DNA of 64,000 nt, from NCBI GenBank assembly GCA_001600815.1, contig BCKZ01000001.1, positions 1,149,389-1,213,388 of the forward strand, read 5' to 3'. The DNA comes from Alloascoidea hylecoeti (taxonomy: Eukaryota). The position numbers and the translations under genes are program-made. Below the pieces are notes generated by a model. The model saw nothing but the letters and a program-made list of their open reading frames with translations. It made no database searches and was not told the DNA's origin. Numbering within the stretch: position 1 is the stretch's first letter; each line of letters starts with the position of its first letter. Positions 58,088 to 64,000 of this stretch are shown piece after piece.

Positions 58088-59439
58088 TTTAAAAGGATTG
58101 TAGATTGGTTTGAAGGAATTGAAGAGATGAAAGAAGTAAAAGCGTTAGGCGTCGAGCGTAAAGGTTTTAAAGGAGTGGACGGGTTGAGAATTGATGATGG
58201 AATCAACGGAATCGAGATTTGAGACTCTTTTATAACATTCAAAAAGGCTGCGACACTCCTGGAGGTCTCATGCGGGTGGCATGCATATAGATGCACAGAT
58301 GCATGCATCCCGAACCTCTTGTTTTTTTACGGTTTCAGAGTGCAGGCGGGAAAGTTTCAACAACACAGTCTCCAGCACATTCCATTTCCATTTGACTACC
58401 AAACATCAAGTACCTGAACAGGGCTCGGCCTCTCATGGACATAGCGATAGCAACATCGGCGTGTTGATGGTGGTCTCCTACATTGTGTTGCTAAGTCCAT
58501 ACATTTATTAGATAATAAGTATAAACTCAAACCTTTTTTCGCTGCAGGTGAGTGCACGTGATACTTAGGTAATCAGGTAATATTTATGTGCATATGCAGA
58601 TAGAGCTTAAATATATTAATTGACTTATCCATTCTTATTCACGGCTACCATGTTTGCAACTCAAAGTTTACAATGTCTACAATGTTTGTATATTATATTG
58701 TTTCCTCAAATCCATCCAACCGTAATATGTTAATTAAACATATGCATAATAGAATAAAATAGCTCCTTATTTTCAATTACTATCCTTCTAGAACTTATAA
58801 TATAGCAATTAAAGCCAACAGCATATCCGGGCTTATGAATATACAAACACAGCTGTACCTGGTAATTGTATAGTTTAATAAAGATATCGATGGTATCAAT
58901 TGAGAATATATTTTGAATCTGTAGCAATCAAAATTCCGGGTATGATTCAATTTACATACCGAAGACTAATTATTCAAAGAACTAGTTTAATAAAGATAAT
59001 GTTATGAAACTCGATTCAATTATTACACAAATTTATGGCTAGTTTCTTAGATAACAATGTGTTTTCATTTCCCTTTTCATAATATACCTATAATTATAAA
59101 TTTAATATTTGAAGTTGCAGAACCAACCACTCATCATTATACTTTTGGTCGAGAATGGTACAATGAAGCTAATTATTGCCAGGCTTCTTGAATTGTATTA
59201 ATTTCTTGGCTATTTTGAAAAGTAGAAAAAACTGATTATAAGGCAGATCAAAGTTCAGCAACAAAGAAAAAAATATAATTTAACTTGTATTTATATCAGT
59301 CAATTTTGATATTTGTAGTAGTGTTTGATCATTCATCAAATGTTTTTATTTTTAAATGCTTACAAACGACCAGGATATAAATGTCATGATATCAATCCCC
59401 ACTTCATTCTTCAATGTTTTTATATGATAAGGAGGTGCA

Positions 59440-60180
59440 AGTCATGAAAATCCAAACTACCTTGAAGTATTCTAGCTTGAGTAGGTCCGGCAGTGGAGGC
59501 TCAAATGTATCATTCATCTTTATAATATTAATAATAAGAACAAAAATATTAATGCTTGTTCGAATAGAAAATAATGTACGCAGGATACTAATTATAAAGG
59601 AGTAGCTATAGGGAGTTTATAATTTTGCATAGTTTTAACTTTTAATTAATATAATATATAATAATATTTAAATCACGAAAATATCGATTTTTGTTTTTTT
59701 ATACGTGATCATGATACGTTTTATCAGTAATATTATTAGAGTACCAAAAGCCTTCTCTGTATTAATAATCGGAATTGAACATTTTGACCCCTTTTCTTCT
59801 TGCTTTGTAACATATAAATATTTATATAATATTAATTCTTGCAATGCCATATCAATTGCAATGGAACTGTGACTTTTTCTGCCCCCAAATTGGTTTTCTG
59901 ATAACTATAGTATCAAATTTGAACGAAAGAATTTTCTTCCAATAATTTGGTAATATTTTTTAATAATTATGGTATGCGTTTTAACATGGTAAATTGGTAC
60001 TCGTCTCTCTCCGGCCGGTTTATGTAAATTCAGGAACTCTAACGATATTTTCTCTCCAGCTTACATGGATCTTATAATTATGCATAAATCCTTTTTGAAG
60101 TCATTTGAATGCTCTTAACTGAACCTGCCCTGCAGCTTTCTTACCATTTGTAATTTTCAAAGCAACGGCTATTTCATTTT
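59440..60180 (-). mobile_element. Decayed non-LTR (LINE) retrotransposon reverse transcriptase
   Basis: Ordered RT motifs on the minus strand with stops and frameshifts: NEIAVALKITNGKKAAG (domain 0), LSENQFGGRKSHS (2a), IINTEKAFG (3), LVSCVHYFL, RILQGSL (4). Confidence 0.75.
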
Positions 60181-61439
60181 ATTTTAACGTTAGTTGTTCA
60201 TCTTCAAGTTTCCGAGATACAGAGCTAGACTCTGCTATAGATGAATACAATAACTCATTCTTCTATTTGAACCATTTAGTTTCATGATGCTGCATGAATA
60301 TTCCTTTGCAACCGATCCTTTGACCAACCACATTCTATTTGCTGCACACTTTTTTTTGAATAAAGTGGCTCAGTAACAAACTCAGCTTTACAAGGCATAG
60401 CCGGTAAATCTTTACATGTGACATCGATGCTACCCTCAGAGTTAGTTCATTGAAAACAGAAAAAAGAAGGACAATCAGTTCTGTGTACTTAATGAATTAA
60501 GAACTCTTTTCTCATCTCTGTAAGAAACATCATGATGCTTTTCATGGTATTGTTGGGGAACTGATTGCTACCAGCCAGTAGAATAGTTTTCTGATTGGGT
60601 TTTAACTGCACACAGAATTCAATTTACATTGTACTAAATTTTGAAAAAAGTCGTTTTCAAATAATATCCACTGGGTTTAAAATCCTATTTTATATATAAT
60701 GGTTTGAGATTTGGAAACCACACGAGAAAGTCAGTGGGTCAATTAATTTGCTAGCTATATATCTACTAATGGGAAAATGTTTCGTAGTTATCAATCCGAC
60801 TTCCGATACAATATAATAATTTATTTAGTTGACTGAATGAACTGTTAACTTCATAGAAGCCAGTGATACACAATGTATCTGGATCTAGTACTTAAGATAA
60901 AAATCTTCTTTAAATTCAGACATATTTTATGGACAAGAATTTAAGCTTTAATAGAATTGACTATGCCATTATGAATTACCTTCTTTTCATATAATGTATC
61001 TCAAGTTTGAGATTCCTACACTTAAGCTTATGTTCTGCCAAAAATTTGCCATATAACTCCTTCATAGATTTGATAATTTGTAGCTTGAGCAATCTGTTTT
61101 AACTTCTTTAAAGTTATTAGTCCATGATAGCTAGAGTTAGATCTGAGATTAATGATATTTTTTGGCTTAGGTATATATCCTAATGCATCATCCACAAGAA
61201 TACTTATATTTTTTCTCTACGGCAATTATCATTAACAGATCTAAAGGTTGCACCTGCAATATCATATATATTGTATAAAGAATAGAATTTAAATTTAAGT
61301 CTAAAGAACTGGAAATCTGATATATGGTATGTTCCGCAACGCAACAACGCGGTTTATTCAGAAAATATGTCATTAACCGGATTAGGTATAAATGAAAATA
61401 ATGCTTGCACCGTAAAACTTAACCTTTTAAGACATCCAA

Positions 61440-62734
61440 CTTTAACTCAAAATGATCAATATCACAACCCAAAAAATTCCAAGAAACTTAGAAAATCTCA
61501 AAATATAGAAGGAGCTATTCTATATATATATGCTGAGCCTATTTACTAAGAAACTAAAAATATGAAGTTGTTTTCAAAGACATCATCAATCAATTGAAAC
61601 AAAAGCTTACTGCTCTAGAGGAAGCCAAAATTTCACTAAGTATTCAGGAAATGAATGACAGGGGTTGAAACATATTTATTTCGCGTCGTTGATGAGCGAG
61701 ACGCGTATTTTGAGCAATCCCGGCAATAACTAAATTCTTAACCGCAAGCGGGAATTATATGGATAGCGGAAGGTGCTAATTATCTTTTAAGACGCGACAT
61801 CCTGAGTTGAAATATAAATATATACCCAAGCTCTCATACCTACATCCTTTCTTTCGAATGGAGAAGGTGTCACATTTGTATGAATGGCTACACTAGTTAT
61901 TAAATAAATATCTATATAATAAAAGGAAAATCTGAAACACAGATGAAACACGATGTATTTTCGATTACGTAAATTAATCGATTAAGGTGTTAGTAACAAT
62001 TGCGAACAAGAAACTGTCTCAATTGGTACCCCTGAAAGGGGAACTAGCATCCGCAATAGGATGCACTAACGCCAATGGGGATGCTCTATTCCTGGTGATA
62101 ATGTTTAATGGGTTAAAGTTGTTCCAAACTGAATTAAAATTTTCAATCAAGAGGAGCTCAAAAAGTGAGAAATTATTTTGCGATCTTAATGGGTATAATA
62201 ATGTTTATCTCGATCGTCATTGCTTCAGTAGTCTGAAGGTTGTCTTCAGTAAATATAACTCAGACAATCTATATTTTTCTGGGCAGAAATTCCATAGCCA
62301 GAAAAATGATTTCTTTGGGCTATATGCTATATGATATTTGTCGAAACCAAGAATTTACCTCCAAAAATGGATTCAAGAAAACAGGTGTATGGCATATCTT
62401 TTTTTAAAGAAGTAAGTGTAGAAATAGGAAAACGGCAGCTAAACTGATTGAAAATAAGTCCATTCGATATTCAATATGGATCGTTCGCTAGAGAGGGTTA
62501 TAAGCAAAATATGAAATGATTGGTCAATTTCGTGGAATCATGATATCAGATTCTAACGAGAAAATTGCTCATCTTCTGGGTATATTATATGCATATTCAT
62601 ATGAATTTATGAAACACATCTCATATTATAGATTAGCTAACGTTAACAGTTATCTATTAGACACAGCACTACGTATACTACTGTAGCTATTAGACTATTA
62701 CTCAATGATTTCACTTAATTACGGCCACGTGGTA
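61440..62734 (+). mobile_element. Decayed pogo/Fot1-type (Tc1/mariner superfamily) DNA transposon with putative right TIR at 62704-62732 followed by TA; left boundary uncertain
   Basis: QKLTALEE..MNDRG (CENP-B-type HTH), FKTRHPELK, KI*NTDET, AIGCTNANGDALFLVIMFNG, FTSKNGFKKTGVW in the expected order with stops and frameshifts. Confidence 0.8.
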
Positions 62735-63528
62735 GACTTGAATTCGATTCAGATTGTGATGAATCTGATGATTACGTCACAGCTTATATACATATAATTA
62801 AATAATAATTCGTACAACCCACCAAATATTAATATTTTTGAAACTCGCAAATTACCTACCCGTATAATCTTAATTAAATGAAGGAATTATATTTTGCGAA
62901 ATCACCGATAATCTTTATATTTCTTAACAAACCTCCACAAATATTTATTTTCTGAAACATTCAAAATGTTTTCCCTCAAACACATAAATATATATTTTTC
63001 AAAAGATCAGCGAAATAATTACCAAAAGACACCTCTAGCTAGACACATTAATATATTATCAAAGAAAGAGCGACGTACTTCTGAAAACCTCTACGAAATA
63101 GTTCGTAGAAATACTTATTTGGAAACCCCAAACCTTTTCGAAAAACACTATTATATAATGAATCTACCATTTTACTCTAATTTTAAGTCCTTGTTTTAAT
63201 TCTTACTTTTACTACATATTTCAATCATTACTTTCATTCACTATGTGTGATATAGAACTGAAAGATGACGGGCCTTCTCAGACTATTATATAACGTTAAC
63301 ATAACTAAAGAGTTTTTTAAAGATTTTACAATAATTTGGAGTCCTTCATCGACAGAGATGATTTTTTGAACTTGCGGTTGTCAAACTTACCCTAGGCTAT
63401 GTCTATAAATAGTGTGTATTGTTTCTATATTTATATGAACAAGATCACTTATTAAAAATAGAAAATAATTTTTAAATTATCTTAATGAATTTTAATGAAT
63501 ATAAAGCTTATGAATATATTAATTAAAA

Positions 63529-64000
63529 TTAGCAAGAAGCGCCAGAACCACTTGGAATGCCAGTACATTTACTAGATGTCTTACCACCAGAAACACTGAT
63601 TCCTGACCATTTCCAATTAGAAGCTCCCTTAACCAAAATGTAAACATTAGTACCTGAGCTCTTAACCGATCCTTTAATGTTGCTCAATGTCAATCCAGTA
63701 ATTGGAACACCAGAAGTTGGTGTGCCTGTAGGAGATCCATTTTTGTAATCACCTTGAATAACAATACCATATTTAGCAATATTGGAGAGTGTGATATCAC
63801 TATAAGTAACATCAGATACAGAACCAGTGGCTCCATAAACTGTCTTAACACGAACTCCATTGTCGGAGTCAACAATTTTTGAATTGCTGATTGTGATTCC
63901 CTTAACCACATTGTTAGACCTTCCCCCAACTGAACCAATTGAAAGACCATGACCTCCAGAACAATATCCATTGGTGAAAGAAATATTGGTACCTGAATTA
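63529..64000 (-). CDS. PGU1: Endo-polygalacturonase (GH28), 3' portion
   Basis: [36 protein letters not shown]; runs off the window edge. Confidence 0.92.
   Translation of the reverse strand, partial: NSGTNISFTNGYCSGGHGLSIGSVGGRSNNVVKGITISNSKIVDSDNGVRVKTVYGATGSVSDVTYSDITLSNIAKYGIVIQGDYKNGSPTGTPTSGVPITGLTLSNIKGSVKSSGTNVYILVKGASNWKWSGISVSGGKTSSKCTGIPSGSGASC

Noticed and set aside
536..58511. Short antisense or overlapping ORFs in the track (e.g. 536-802, 5309-5842, 13368-13835, 27848-28093, 57604-58044)
   Set aside because: They are shadows of well-supported genes on the opposite strand or frame, with no recognisable motifs
61680..61800. ACGCGT/CGCG cluster as an MCB promoter
   Set aside because: It lies inside the decayed transposase coding region with no host gene nearby
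1..64000. tRNA, rRNA, CRISPR arrays, LTR pairs, telomeric repeat tracts
   Set aside because: None recognised by eye; a tRNA or covariance-model scan would be needed to exclude small RNA genes

Overview
AT-rich, eukaryotic (fungal) genomic DNA, most consistent with an early-diverging, intron-containing budding yeast (Saccharomycotina-like gene set; 50-80 nt spliceosomal introns; CTG read as Leu). The left ~20 kb is a compact block of housekeeping genes: YTA12 3' end, YKU80, MTC2-like, UTP15, ATP25, KTI12, BRN1, SLA1, MPO1, and a telomerase reverse transcriptase (EST2/TERT) that the ORF track shows only as fragments but which reconstructs by hand into 14 exons/13 introns (~909 aa). The middle holds an F-box frame broken by two in-frame TAGs, a near-perfect inverted pair of CWP1-like genes, and a GlcNAc gene cluster (Ndt80/RON1-like regulator, NAG1, GlcNAc kinase). 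That cluster has no DAC1 but contains ALG13 (with a GC-AG intron) and borders PMT1. PRM10, a hypothetical protein and a 5-exon LTP1 follow. The right ~17 kb looks accessory or subtelomeric: a peroxisomal FAD amine oxidase, a Zn-cluster-less transcription factor, a GST, a PRY/CAP protein, a decayed LINE reverse transcriptase, a decayed pogo/Fot1-type transposon whose putative terminal repeat recurs twice elsewhere in the window, and the 3' part of a GH28 polygalacturonase. All gene models and family assignments come from manual reading and recalled motifs, not database searches.
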